Assembly: GCA_000708835.1 (NCBI GenBank)
Contig: DF237216.1
Location: 1-64,000, forward strand
DNA from: Klebsormidium nitens
Taxonomy: Eukaryota > Plantae > Klebsormidiophyceae
Direction: 5' to 3'
DNA length: 64,000 bases
Each line of letters starts with the position of its first letter. The stretch's first letter is position 1. Below are positions 13,401 through 25,781 of this stretch, one piece after another. The position numbers were made by a program, and so were the translations under genes. The notes under the pieces were generated by a model. That model was given only the letters and a program-made list of their open reading frames with translations. It made no database searches and was not told the origin of the DNA.

Positions 13401-14229
13401 TCGTAGTAAAAGAAGCTGCAGCTCTTTACTCCGGTGTTGGCGTTCAACTGAGGACAGGAGAGAGATTGTAAAACATTAAGCAACAATCGATATGTCTCCA
13501 AAAGCTTTTTGAATTACACATGGACCTCGAGTTTTTGAGAGGACGATCGAGCTAGAGGGACTAGAATAATCTGAAAGGCAGTTCGCTGATCTCCTGGGAT
13601 GACTTGGGGTTTTGAGTGGAACATACTTCCCATTCACACAAAAGCTCTCAGAAATTGGCAGACCATTCAACACCTGTGTCCAGCCTGTGGAAAGACACAG
13701 CCACGAGTAGCACAAAGGGTTCATAATGATAGCACGTAGCGATTGACAGTGGAGCCCTCAGAGGATATCACTGGAAGCGGTGGCCCTTGACGGAAGCTTT
13801 TCAATGTGGCCCAAGCTAGCTCTACAGGCCAAATGGGAGCTCAGAGTAGAACAACGGAGTTCGGCGAATGAAAGTCCGTTCCGTTCCAGCAAAGTTCAAT
13901 AGATCCTGCAGTAAGTGCTGTTTATAACCGGCCATCCACTGGGAGCTTTTAGTCAGATCTCCACAGAGAATCACCATCAGGAAAGAGCATATGAACAACA
14001 ACTATTTGGTAATTTGTGAAAAGAAGACAAGATGCACCTGAAAGAAATGCGCCTGAAAGTGGAAAGTGTGAAGGAAACCAGAAGTTGCGCGTGACGTGAC
14101 GGCATACACGTACAAGGCACTCACCTGGCACACTTCACAGTCGAACGGCCCGATGCGCTGCGCGGACGACGTCATGCTGACGGCGAAGAACACCGTCAGC
14201 GAGAGGATGAGATACTTGGCGACGGCCAT
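10430..14229 (-). CDS. Secreted Cys-rich protein with root-cap / LEA-related (VWD-like) domain, 376 aa. Exons 14229-14125, 13447-13237, 12696-12628, 12293-12130, 11539-11290, 10761-10430
   Basis: All six exons join in phase. The protein has a signal peptide (MAVAKYLILSLTVFFAVSMTSSA), a 12-Cys N-terminal region, then CSDPHFRGAFGIEYDFHG...FSLVTDKDINVNAHFIG...GTWISALG and VHGALGQTF...DYMTSGLLATDSKFNRY, matching root-cap family motifs (DPRF.G.DG..F.FHG, INAHFIG, HGxLGQT). Confidence 0.88.
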
Positions 14230-14852
14230 CCTGTTGAGCTGGCAACTTCACTGGAAAGGGTGGAGCGAGAAAGGTGCTTTTGGCTTTCAGCTCCGATCAG
14301 TGGTCGAAGTGAGTTGCAAATGGAAATGACGAGTACATTTTGAGTGAGCCACTTTTATACTAGCTGCAGCTGGGCACATTCAGCAAGAATTGATACTTAT
14401 TTGCACCTGTTTGTGCTGGCCTGCAGAACAGTGCTAGACGCACGCAGGGAGTGATTCTCCAGACCGGATACAGAGCGACTCGCTTCACCCCACCTAGTGA
14501 ACGGCATTCTGAATTAACTTAAGATTGATAGCTGCCTGTAACTTCGGAAGAAGCAATTTGCCAAAACTACAGCTCACGCCTGATCGACTCGTTCGCATGA
14601 CTCTTGAGTAAGCTTAGCTGCCAGAAATACTGCCGAACATGTCGCTGAAAACATCTCAAGCTTTTTAATTTAGCCCTTTAATTCTCACACATTAGCATCA
14701 TGAATATCTAGTAGGTCGATCACTAGGCTCACCCTCTGTATGTTCATTCAGACTTGAAGACATTAAAAATACGGCACACCATATAACATTTCGAGTTAGT
14801 GGAAGCTCACGATCAAAGGAGCACCGTAAGAATCCACTTCTTTAACTGACTC

Positions 14853-15580
14853 GGCGTCAAATGTCATCGTACTTGTACAACGCTTCTGTTCGCGACCGGT
14901 CAGACCGCGGTCAGCCGGCGTCACCGGATCCGTACTGAAGGGAGTGCTTGAATGAAGTATCGTGGTCCGTACACACGTGACGCGGAGAGTCGTCCAATGG
15001 AATCTTTCTCTCATCACCACGGCCAATCATAAGCCAGCGCGCACGTGAGGAAAGTCGGACCGGGAGACAAGCGTGCCCGAGGCAAGCCCCGACTTTGACG
15101 GAGGGTCGCCGATTCCGACCGGGCGGCCGCAAAAACCGCCGGACCCTACGGCGAGGATGAGATTTCGAATCATTGAATCTCGATTGCTTGCATGGGGCTT
15201 GGGGCCCGGGGGACCTTGGCCTTGCATGGCCTGAGGTGACGAGGCCACGACTTGACGAAGTAACTCTGTAGTACTGACGAACGTCTTGGCGCGCCGTACA
15301 CCGTACCACACCGTACCACACCGTACCGTACGTGCGTACGTGCACACGGCTGCGTGCACACGGCTAGCTGCGACTTGCGTGCTACGTATTATGTGGCCGG
15401 CCACGCGTCCTTATCGCCATAGCTTCAAGTGGTGACAAGCTTGATTCGGGTTAAATCTTTCTGCGCCGGCTATTACGAAGATATTCCTCGCGGCCGGGCA
15501 TACATTATTAATATGAAGCACCTCAGAAGTGGGCGTCGGGATTTGCGTACAAGTGCCGACGGCGTCATGAATTTGACGCC
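14853..15580. mobile_element. Candidate degenerate non-autonomous TIR element (728 bp)
   Basis: Perfect 10-bp inverted termini ggcgtcaaat (14853-14862) / atttgacgcc (15571-15580), flanked on both sides by CTC. Further inverted blocks (acttgtac, cttctg) lie inside, plus an internal (CACCGTAC)n-like tract at 15295-15350. The TIR is short, so chance cannot be excluded. Confidence 0.4.
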
Positions 15581-17275
15581 CTCGATTTTGGCCGTCACTT
15601 TGCCGATGGTTTAAGCTACACCGTGCGATCTTGAAAAGACGTGCACGTCCTACGCCCACTTTAAGCCAGATCCACAGTACCAGAGATCTTATGAAAGTCG
15701 AGGCAGGCCAACCCCTCCGTCCAGAGAAACTTGCAAACTATCAAACTATGGCAATTGAACCTGCGGACCTTCGCACCGACCACAACGGGAGTGCACATAT
15801 TCACGTGCAGATGTATCGAACTGCACTCTAAGCTCTAGCGACCAACTGAGCTAGCCGAGCTCAGACCGATGCAACATTGATTGTCCGAGCTATCCATGAA
15901 TCGGCCCATCTGATAGATGGATTTGCCGTAAGCATAGAGTGACAAGTGCAAAACGCAGGTTCCAAAACAGATTTGATCGCAGGCGACCGTGAGGCCCAAA
16001 ATCTGAGCTGTAGTAGTGGCAGGCTCCATTTGCAATCAACAACCCAGCTCACTAGAATTTGGGCGAAGGATCAGCAAAGGATCAACGAAGGATCAGCTAA
16101 GCATTCAGATTCTACAATCTGCGGTTTACAGTGCCTTCGGATTTTGTAAAGAACATGACTTTGATGTGTGGCGCTTTCTGAAAACTTCGAATAACACAGA
16201 ACAACTTGAAACGGCTGAATTTGTCAACGTAATCATTGAACTTGCATGTAGGCAAGGAAACCAACGAGCTGACATAGGATTAGGCTAGGAAGACGTTAAC
16301 CTGAAGCAATATCATACGTGGGCCCGCGATTCAGCCTTCCTTGATTCCCTAGTCGACTACCGAGTCTTCTAAGAGATATTCCTATTAAAGGCTGTGATTC
16401 GATTGAATATGTCAAATACAAGACGGTTTGTGTATGTGGACCTTTGGTATCGAGTCCCGAGCTGTTGCATGGAATATTGAAACGATGCTTATCAGTATTT
16501 ATAGAATTGGTGTTGCAGTCGAGCTGTACACAGTCCTACGAGCTTCAGAATATTGCAGCAAACGAAAGGTGACCGAGCTCTTGTACGTGGTAAAGCCATC
16601 ACTGCTTTGCTACTCTGCAGCTAGACACTTCTTACTTTTGTCTTATTTGGCACACGTACATTTGCAACTTATTGCGAAGTTTTGCTACTTCTTCGTAGCC
16701 TGAGGCGTTTTGAAATACTGGTAGAATCTGTGATGTCGTCAGCTCAATCTTCAATCGCGCCCAGTTCCACATCAGATGCTCGGATTCAGTACTGCGAAAC
16801 CAAATGAAGAACAACCAGTCAATGGGCCTGGAAACTCTGTTCATGGCCAGTAAAAGAGGGACAAATCAAAAGCTATCTTCACTTTCCGTTTCTTCTTCCC
16901 TCCAATCGAAGCGCGCACGTCTTCAAAGCGCCATTTCACCACAGACGAACCCCAGAAACGATAGCGCCAGATAAGAGGTGCATGGGTCGTCATCACAGCT
17001 ACCATATTACTTGACGGATACAATACACGCGTAGTCGGGAGAACTTTTCGCTACATTCACTCGCCACTTAGCCAAACCGACATTGGGAAGTGCCCGGGGG
17101 AAAGTACGGAACTCTGCAGAAAGTACCGCCAGGTCATTGCAGTGCCGCAGACTCAGGTGCACGGTCTGCAATTTCACCGTACGGTAAGTTGGTACTGTTT
17201 TAAGTCTGTGGTACTGTTTATCGCGGTACCGGGTAGTACCGGACAGTACCGCACGGTACTCCCCGAGCCGGATGC

Positions 17276-18093
17276 NNNNNNNNNNNNNNNNNNNNNNNNN
17301 NNNNNNNNNNNNNNNNNNNNNNNNNNNNNNNNNNNNNNNNNNNNNNNNNNNNNNNNNNNNNNNNNNNNNNNNNNNNNNNNNNNNNNNNNNNNNNNNNNNN
17401 NNNNNNNNNNNNNNNNNNNNNNNNNNNNNNNNNNNNNNNNNNNNNNNNNNNNNNNNNNNNNNNNNNNNNNNNNNNNNNNNNNNNNNNNNNNNNNNNNNNN
17501 NNNNNNNNNNNNNNNNNNNNNNNNNNNNNNNNNNNNNNNNNNNNNNNNNNNNNNNNNNNNNNNNNNNNNNNNNNNNNNNNNNNNNNNNNNNNNNNNNNNN
17601 NNNNNNNNNNNNNNNNNNNNNNNNNNNNNNNNNNNNNNNNNNNNNNNNNNNNNNNNNNNNNNNNNNNNNNNNNNNNNNNNNNNNNNNNNNNNNNNNNNNN
17701 NNNNNNNNNNNNNNNNNNNNNNNNNNNNNNNNNNNNNNNNNNNNNNNNNNNNNNNNNNNNNNNNNNNNNNNNNNNNNNNNNNNNNNNNNNNNNNNNNNNN
17801 NNNNNNNNNNNNNNNNNNNNNNNNNNNNNNNNNNNNNNNNNNNNNNNNNNNNNNNNNNNNNNNNNNNNNNNNNNNNNNNNNNNNNNNNNNNNNNNNNNNN
17901 NNNNNNNNNNNNNNNNNNNNNNNNNNNNNNNNNNNNNNNNNNNNNNNNNNNNNNNNNNNNNNNNNNNNNNNNNNNNNNNNNNNNNNNNNNNNNNNNNNNN
18001 NNNNNNNNNNNNNNNNNNNNNNNNNNNNNNNNNNNNNNNNNNNNNNNNNNNNNNNNNNNNNNNNNNNNNNNNNNNNNNNNNNNNNNNNNNNNN
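17276..18093. other. Assembly gap (N run)
   Basis: Run of N. The left flank (17100-17275) is GTAC-rich and repeat-like, suggesting a collapsed repeat. Confidence 0.99.
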
Positions 18094-18229
18094 GAGGGGC
18101 CTTAGTAGTGCGAAGGGATTTCATTTACGACTTTAGGTGACTTGAGTAAGCGCCCAAAACCCCGGGGACAATTTCGGAAGTGGGCGCCGGATTCGACGGA
18201 AGGACTGGTGAGAGAAACCGACGAGTTAG

Positions 18230-19900
18230 TCACAGTAAAGCGCTCTGACCCACCCTTTCTGAAATGATTGCGGCGTGTCAATCTCGGCCGTGCCGGCGCC
18301 GAACTCCTCGTTACTTACAAGCGAACGATCAGCTTTCACATTCTGGTCGTACTCCAAGTAATCGACTGTGCTTTGATAATAGCTGGTAATGGAACCCATC
18401 TTGTATCTGGGAGTTCCCTCCAAGCAACCAAAGCCAGGAATGACCGGCTGCAAGGCCAGAAAAGACAGTCGGAGAAGTTTTCTGAGCCTGGGGCAAAGAG
18501 GCGTCAAAAGGATCCAACCTCACATTTCGACACCCACTTATGCCAAATTGCATGCGAGAAACGAGAGCTAGTCCCACTTGAGGCCAAATCATAAGCGTTT
18601 TGGGTCTCTCAGCCGGACGTTTGAGACCGGCGCGCGCGTCTGAGAGTGTTGAGGCCTCATAAACTTGCCTTCGTTTGCAGTGCGCGCGCGTGCGCAGCGG
18701 TCAGGTAAGTCCCACTGCCCGGAGCTCTCACCGTAAGTAGTATACGCCGGTCCGCTGTCCACCAGCGGCTGGCTCGCCGACAGAAGCTTGCAGCACCCGG
18801 CCGGCGGGCCGGCGAGCGCCTCGTGAAACTCCAGGACGTAGCTGAAGCCGACGCACGCGGGCACGGCCGCAAACGCGCCGCCGGGGATCCCCCTGACCAG
18901 GTTCCACGCGACGCACGCGGCCGCGCACCCGCTCTCGTTCGGGATTTGGAGGGCCAGGGTAATGCCGTCGTTGCTGCAGAACGACGAAGGTGGGAAGGTG
19001 CCGGTGGTACCGGCGGTCCCAATGAGGTTCGGACCGGGGCCGGGGACCACCGCGCGCCAAAGGTGACGTTCCGAGCTGCGCGGAGGCGTCGAGGGTTTTG
19101 AGGGTTTTTGGTTTGCGAGCCTCAAAAGTTTCACCTCTCACTGCTTCGTCCCTACAACCAGGAAGGTCGCAGTGATCCCTTCGATGACGAAGGACGGTGC
19201 ACGGATCTTTCAAAATACTATGTCCTTTACAGGTATCAGTGCATTCAAATTACGTCATGTATGTACTTGGTTGTCTCGGTCGGGAAATGATATGGTTCGT
19301 TCTTTTACCCTTCTGACTCCTCCTTTCATGTGACTTTGTCCAGCAATGCAAGAAGCAAGCGCGACGTCGGCTAGCCGCAAAGAGCTGACAATCTAAGGAC
19401 AATCTACGTGTCGATCCGTGGAAATACAGCAATCTTCCCGGGTAAAAGCTGGGTTCTGAGAATTCTCTCCAACACGTCTTTGCACTGCTAAAACTTCAGG
19501 TACGGGAGTGCGGTTTGCCTCTGAATGCGCGACACAACCGACAGCAAAAGTTCTCGATTCAAGCGTCGTACGTCGCGGCAAGAGATTCTCAAAACATACT
19601 TCAAAAAAATGTTTCAATTCCTGCAATCAAGATCGATCCAGACCGTGTTTTCCAAGGGCACAGGTGCATTTATCAGGCTGATCAAGGCGATCTTGAGACG
19701 TGGGGGCCGAACATCAGCACCAGTGGTCACGAAGCAGTGGGAAATTTGTGCGGCTTACTTGCGGCCTGCTGCGCAGTCGCCTCCGGCAAAGAGCCCATCA
19801 GGACGCAGGCGACGCAGGCCAAAGCCAGAAACAATTTCTTCCAGGCCGCAATTTTCTGGCTTAGCGTCTGTGTCTTCGTCGTCTGCCGAGACTGTGTGGA
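18230..19900 (-). CDS. Partial gene for a probable secreted protein with a PAN/apple-like Cys motif (best exon 19075-18732)
   Basis: Exon bounded by CGCAG| and |GTGAGA, with strongly GC3-biased codons in frame ...FCSNDGITLALQIPNESGCAAACVAWN...PACVGFSYV...GCCKLL. An upstream signal-peptide-like exon (KKLFLALACVACVLMGSLPEATAQQAA|gtaagc, ~19760-19850) is present. A fully phase-consistent model could not be built. Confidence 0.45.
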
Positions 19901-20624
19901 GGAGACTGGAGGCTGATGTAAGCGGTTCAAAACGGAGCGGAGTGTGGCTTTGTCTACCGTTCTGCCAAGGCACAAGGGAAGAAGCTGGCTGCTGAAATGT
20001 GCTTCCAAACACTTTGTTATGTCAGAGTGCACTTGCCTAGTACCGAATGGAAGCGAGCGAGTGGGCAGTGAGCTGCTATCCTGACAACAATGAAAGAGTG
20101 GGCAGACTCATTGAAACGCCCCCCTTGCGAGAGTCCCTCAAACTTCTATCTGTAAATACTGCGTTCGGGTTACTCACGTCCTTTTCAGCTCTTCCCCTCG
20201 GCCGTGGCAGTGTGGAGTGCGTCAGGCTAATTGGAGGTCCTGGAACGTTCTTTGATACATGTGGCCCGTTTGCTTCAGGCGACCAGATGTCACAGTACTG
20301 GTTGCCAGAATATGGATGCACATTGGGTAACCGCACTCCAGACACAGATGTTACCCATCCTTCCTTGAGGCAGCACCGGTGAACCCGAAAGTCAATATAC
20401 AGCTGGCCAGGATGTCCTGAAGCAGCTCGACTCGAAGCCCTCATTTTCAGAGGATTATAACGGCTCGCTATTTGTCATCTTTCAGCTCTACTAAAACGGG
20501 CTCATCGGCAAGGCTCAAAACGAGGGGGCCCCCAAAACGCCGCGGCGCTTACGCTGGGATCCGCCACGACGTCCTCGTAATGGAGAACCACGTGGCGCGC
20601 CCCCGCCAGCATGCGCAGCGCGGA

Positions 20625-21168
20625 NNNNNNNNNNNNNNNNNNNNNNNNNNNNNNNNNNNNNNNNNNNNNNNNNNNNNNNNNNNNNNNNNNNNNNNNNNNN
20701 NNNNNNNNNNNNNNNNNNNNNNNNNNNNNNNNNNNNNNNNNNNNNNNNNNNNNNNNNNNNNNNNNNNNNNNNNNNNNNNNNNNNNNNNNNNNNNNNNNNN
20801 NNNNNNNNNNNNNNNNNNNNNNNNNNNNNNNNNNNNNNNNNNNNNNNNNNNNNNNNNNNNNNNNNNNNNNNNNNNNNNNNNNNNNNNNNNNNNNNNNNNN
20901 NNNNNNNNNNNNNNNNNNNNNNNNNNNNNNNNNNNNNNNNNNNNNNNNNNNNNNNNNNNNNNNNNNNNNNNNNNNNNNNNNNNNNNNNNNNNNNNNNNNN
21001 NNNNNNNNNNNNNNNNNNNNNNNNNNNNNNNNNNNNNNNNNNNNNNNNNNNNNNNNNNNNNNNNNNNNNNNNNNNNNNNNNNNNNNNNNNNNNNNNNNNN
21101 NNNNNNNNNNNNNNNNNNNNNNNNNNNNNNNNNNNNNNNNNNNNNNNNNNNNNNNNNNNNNNNNNNNC
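20625..21168. other. Assembly gap (N run) inside a sulfotransferase exon
   Basis: Run of N. Both edges read CCGCGCTGC on the minus strand (AAL.. / SAL..), suggesting the gap may be oversized or artefactual. Confidence 0.95.
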
Positions 21169-21234
21169 CAATAGTGGCAGCGCGGCCTCCTGCGCCGCTT
21201 GCACCGCTCGTAGTTTGGCGGCCAAAAGTGCGGG

Positions 21235-21830
21235 GGTCCAGCTTCGGCTTGTATTCCGCCAGCTTTTCCGCCTGCGGGGGCGCAACGGAACACTTCTGAG
21301 TGAAAGCAATTGCCGCAAAGCATAATTTTCGGTCTTTGGCATTGGTCTGGGGTCCAGCTTTGGTCAATTGGACTCCGCCAGTTTTTCCACCTGCGGAGGG
21401 CGGAACGGAACGGAATTGTGAGTACGAAGCAATCGACGCGGAGCGAACAGACTTTGCAATCATTTTTAATGGTCTGGGGTCCAGCTTCAGCTCGTATTCT
21501 GACACCATCTCCGCTTTATCAGGGCGAAGCAAAACGGAACGGAACCCTTTGAGCGGCGGCGCGATCCCCGCAGAGCAGATTTTTCAGAACTATTGACAAT
21601 AGTTTGGGGTTCAACTTTTGCTCGTACTCCGTTAGCTGTTCCGCTTGCGCAGGGCGGAGCGGAACGGAACCACTGTGAGCACGATGCAATTGCCGCTATG
21701 CGAAGAAACTACGCAATGATATCTTAATGGTCTGACTCCAGCTTCGGGGCTTGCATTCCGCCAGCTTTTCTGCCTGCGAACAGCGGAACGGAACGCTTTG
21801 AGGATTAAAAAAACGCCGCTGCGAGACTTC
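21235..21830 (-). repeat. Five ~120-130-bp tandem units, each an intron 3' end plus the first ~45 nt of the AEKLAEYKPKLDP exon
   Basis: On the minus strand each unit has gttccgttccg...gcag|gcggaaaagctggcggaa-like sequence. Intact AG at 21272, 21391 and 21774; AG lost in the two middle units. Confidence 0.85.
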
Positions 21831-24800
21831 AAATTTCAGCGTTTGTTTGTATCCAGCCTGGATGCCGAACGCAGTGAGTCGGAGGTTTCAAAACCTCAAG
21901 GCGGAGATCTAGGGTTAACCGTATCGTAGAGGTCCCAGCCTCATCCAGTTGCTGCCCACATTCCGCCGGCGTTCCGACCTGCGCAGGCTGGATCGGAACG
22001 GAACGGTAGATTCTACACCTTCGCATCAGTCTTCGTGAATTCAAGCTTCTGCTTGTGTACTAACAGCAATGCGCCTGAGACGAATAGAACGGGACGCGTT
22101 CCGGTCGCACAATTCTGGTCGTATCTCCTCGGCGAATCCGCTGGAGCCTGTCCGCCGGAACAGCACCAAACGGAAAGGCCGCATGCGCGCACGGGAGCCA
22201 GTCCGCCCAATGATTGGTCACACCCTGTGAGGAAGAAGCTTGCTTCCAGAGCGATATTCTGAATTGAACCATCTGGCAAGAATTCTGTCCGGCTAAATGA
22301 TCACGAAGCATCATCTCAAATTCGGTCGCCTTCGGGTAGTTTGAATGAATTCACTGCACGGAGAAAGCAAACGGTTCCTGCCCATTTGGCGACTCGAGGA
22401 ATTCAGACCTTTAGATATTGCTAACACAAAAGCTGAATCCAACATCGTCTGAGTCGCTCGCGCTTTCTAAGGTTCTCCATCCATTCAGAGCTCGTAGGAA
22501 GCACCGCACTTCACAGAAACTGCTTGGAAAAGGATCTGCAATCTATTCCCATTATCTGACCAGAAATGCGCCCAGGTCTTGTTTCATTCTGAGCGCACTT
22601 TTTCTCACCTGGTTGAGCATCCACTTCAACCCAACCGCCCGGAGGAACTTCTCCTCCGCCACGCGCCCCAGGTCGTACACGTCATCCAGCCGCGCGCGCT
22701 CGCGCGCGCCGTGCCACGTGTGCCCACTGAACAGCTCCTCGTGGCTGCGCACGTGGGGATGACTTTTCAAAAGCGTCTCGAACCAGCCGCTCCCGGACCG
22801 CTGCATCGACAGCAGAATGAAGGGCGCGACCGGCGTGCACGCGCAGGCGCGCGCGCGGCCGCGGCCGCGTGGCGCGAGGTAAAAGCGCGGAGGGCCGCCG
22901 GCGGGTACGGGAGGACACGTGGAATCGTTTCGTTGGTTGTCTGCGGTCCTTTCGGATTCAGAGTCGCGTTCACTTAAGTCTTTCTGGCTCAATACGTGAC
23001 ATTTCGAGCGCCCGTTTGCTTCTGGGCTCTCCTTTCCATCACTCCTCTCGTCACCTTCCGTATCTTCCTCGTCAGTGCTTTTTCCTTCTCTGCTGTCAGC
23101 TTCCTGCGTTTCCTTCAATCTGTTCTCACTGCCCTTGTCTCTTCAGTCATTCTCAGTTTCCCTTTGCTTTCCTTGTCTGCGCTCTTACGTTCTCCTTTCA
23201 AATTCCATTAATCTAGCCACAGAGTTCACCTCTTGCACCGCTTCTCCGTCGCTCTTGTCACGGACTGTCTCATCACACTTTTCGCCCCCTCAAAGCGCCA
23301 TACGGGGCTCTTCTCTGAGCTGCGGAAAGCTTCCTGAAGGAGCGCTCAAAGGAACGGGTTCCTGGCCTGTAGTGCAAGAAGTAATAAGTCAGAGGGGTTC
23401 CTGGTCAGCACATTCATTATATTAAGACAAATCAGAGGGGGGGGGTTGAATGCCGACAATGTTACGGGAAGCATGTATATATTCAAGGCGTCTATTTCTA
23501 TTCAATCTCCGCGCCACCAGAAGCTTCTTAAGTGGAGGCGGCTCACAGGTAAGGACAATAAAAGATGGTAGAAGCAAAGGCGCGCTGAGATAACTGGATA
23601 CATGTGCGAGATGAAGGAAGCCGCTCAGTAAGAGATGCCCTGTCTTTACTGGACCGCCCTTTTAACAGAAGTCCTGCCGGAGAATGGGAGACCACAGCGA
23701 ATGGGAAGATTAAGATTGAAAAGGTCAAAAGTGCGATCGAAAGCCAGGGTTCCGGGCTTTTTTTAAATCCTTTGAAGAAGCAAGTGAGATAAAGATGGCT
23801 TACTTGGGGCCGTGCTCTCTCGAGCATATCTTCTATGGATCCACAAGGAGCTTGACAAGACGACCCACAGTAGAAAGAGACCTCCTCTGTCGGGTATTGT
23901 CAACGCCATGGCTTGCTTGCCCTGCTTCCTTTTGGCCATGGAGAGAGAATCACAGGCGGCTAGCTTAAACAAAGGGTGCAAGGTAAGCCGTACGTAGGAC
24001 TCTGCTTGAAATAATCTGATTAGAAGAGAATGAATAGCCCAGAATGACGCAGCATCCGATAGGAACCTTGTACAGGCGAAAGAAAGAAAGGCACGGCTAG
24101 TGCTGATGAAGCAAAAGCTGGTCGATTGAAGCTTTGCCTGGGACCTCGTCATCCGTCCTGGAGAAAGTCAGCCAGACGAAAGCCGTGCTAAACGCAGTTG
24201 AGTGTCTACATCTTTTGGGTTTCTGCGATTGTAACGGAGAATTCGAGGCGTAAAAGCCGCAATGGATCAGTGAGACGTATTGCTACCACTATGACTCAAA
24301 TCATACACAGCGACTATTTTCATCACAAAGCCAAAGGCGTGACCTTGGAAGCGGCATCTTGTAAGAATAATGCTGAAGGTAAGCAATGGTTTGGCAGTTC
24401 AGTATGAGGACGTTGATGTTGTCATCATGAGCACTCCTTGTCAAAAGGCTGGAGATGTTTAGTGCGAGAATCTCGGCAGACTACATAACTTTGCAAATCC
24501 CCGGGCCCGCCGCTTCTGTTTGTTGCACACTGCTGAACGGCGCCTTTCTAGTTGCATGGCAGTTCTTTAGTAGGGGAAATAACGCCCTACTCAGAGAAGC
24601 ATACAACACAGGCTGGAATTGAGATCTGTTAATTTAACTCTGGGCATGTTAGTTTTCCCTGCCCGAGGATAATCAGGCATCCAAAGCGTTGAGAATCTTG
24701 TGCCCTCCACACGAAACGCAATGTCAATTTTGTCTAAGTGCAGTCCCTAAAGAAACATGCCTGTAAGTCTCAAAGCATTACCGTCCATGACAGAAGTCAA

Positions 24801-25175
24801 ACCGCCCTCGTCAGTTCTGATTAAACCGGGTTACGTCGCTCCAACTGTGGAAATCGCACCCGCAGACCAGGTGAACCGACCTTCAGGAAGACTTCAGGTG
24901 AACAGAGAGAGTCGACGATGACCGACGGAATTGCCGTTAACAGCTTAACGGTATCGCCAGTGATTTGATATAAGGGCCGCAAGTTTGACTCTTCAAACCA
25001 GGCCTCACCGATTCTTACAAGCCGCGTGGGCAATCTGTACCGCATCCGAGCCTTCATGATTTGGGGAAAAAAAGGGAAAATATTCTTTTGCAGAGAAACC
25101 CAGTTTGAGTTCAGATCGCTTCAAAAGTCGCATCTTTTACACAGGAAGAACCTCTTCCTTCCTTCCTCTACCATG

Positions 25176-25781
25176 CTACCCGTAACATCGATCCAAAGTG
25201 ACATAGTCTCTCCTACTGAGCAACTCATTTATGTGGAGTCGACCAATCAACCTCAAGTCGCTGTCTATTTCGATGAGAAGAGCCTTCAGCCTCAAGAGCT
25301 TTCTGTCCTTCAATTCATACGCTCTTAATCGAAGCCACCTTGCGGAGCTAATCACCGCTTTCGTCACGCCCCACTTTGAGAAGCAGTACTGCAAACATCC
25401 TTCTGTGCTCGGATAATCCTCCACAACGTTCAAAAGACGCCCTAAAATTCTCTCCCTTTCACCTTGTCGCTTTATCCGTTCTATCTGTGCTCCGATCCGG
25501 GAGTTTTCTTCAATGCCTAGCCTTTCAGCCCAGCGGCGCAGGCCCCCATCGACTGAGGGTTTGAAAATGTCCTGTAAAGAATGCTGACACCATTCTCTGA
25601 GCGTGACACATCGTCTTTCTAGAGCGTCCAGTCGGATGTTTAAAAGTGCGTCGTACGTCAAAACCGAGCCTGCGAGGGAATCTCGAAGCGGGCGGGCCAC
25701 GCATACCAGGCGGCCCAAGTCCGCCACACTTAGTTCCTCACGTTGGACGAGCAGGTAGATGACGTCACCAAATGCATCCAT
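25176..25781 (-). CDS. F-box-like/helical family protein, copy 1 (201 aa, single coding exon)
   Basis: ATG at 25781: MDAFGDVIYLLVQREELSVADLGRLVCVARPLRDSL resembles the F-box consensus. C-terminal WGVTKAV..RWL..RKLLRL is shared with the paralogues. Confidence 0.75.
   Translation of the reverse strand: MDAFGDVIYLLVQREELSVADLGRLVCVARPLRDSLAGSVLTYDALLNIRLDALERRCVTLREWCQHSLQDIFKPSVDGGLRRWAERLGIEENSRIGAQIERIKRQGERERILGRLLNVVEDYPSTEGCLQYCFSKWGVTKAVISSARWLRLRAYELKDRKLLRLKALLIEIDSDLRLIGRLHINELLSRRDYVTLDRCYG

Larger units (their letters stand above)
20553..23830 (-). pseudogene. NodH-like (P-loop) sulfotransferase, type II membrane, with multiple frameshifts and stops
   Basis: Motifs CACTPVAPFILLSMQRSGSGWFETLLKSHPHV...AVGLKWMLNQ (ends 22609), LVLFRR, YDQ, AEKLAEYKPKLDP and RHVVLHYEDVV match plant nodulation-protein-H-like sulfotransferases; TM segment KKSPEPWLSIALLTFSILIF. 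The exon starting at 22224 needs all three frames, there is an extra C at ~21232-21236, and stops occur in the 23100-23370 stem region. Confidence 0.8.

Noticed and set aside
15830-16300. Exon-like pieces (TLIVRAIHESAHLIDGFA; FGFCKEHDFDVWRFL)
   Set aside because: Stops upstream and no phase-consistent model or recognisable family.
17142-18140. Long ORFs in the track spanning the N runs (also 20472-21532)
   Set aside because: Artefacts of translating N as X.
24821-25057. ORF with RLPTRLVRIG, reminiscent of fungal HET-domain flanking motifs
   Set aside because: Only a 5-6 residue resemblance, no further HET motifs, and not conserved in the duplicated cassette.
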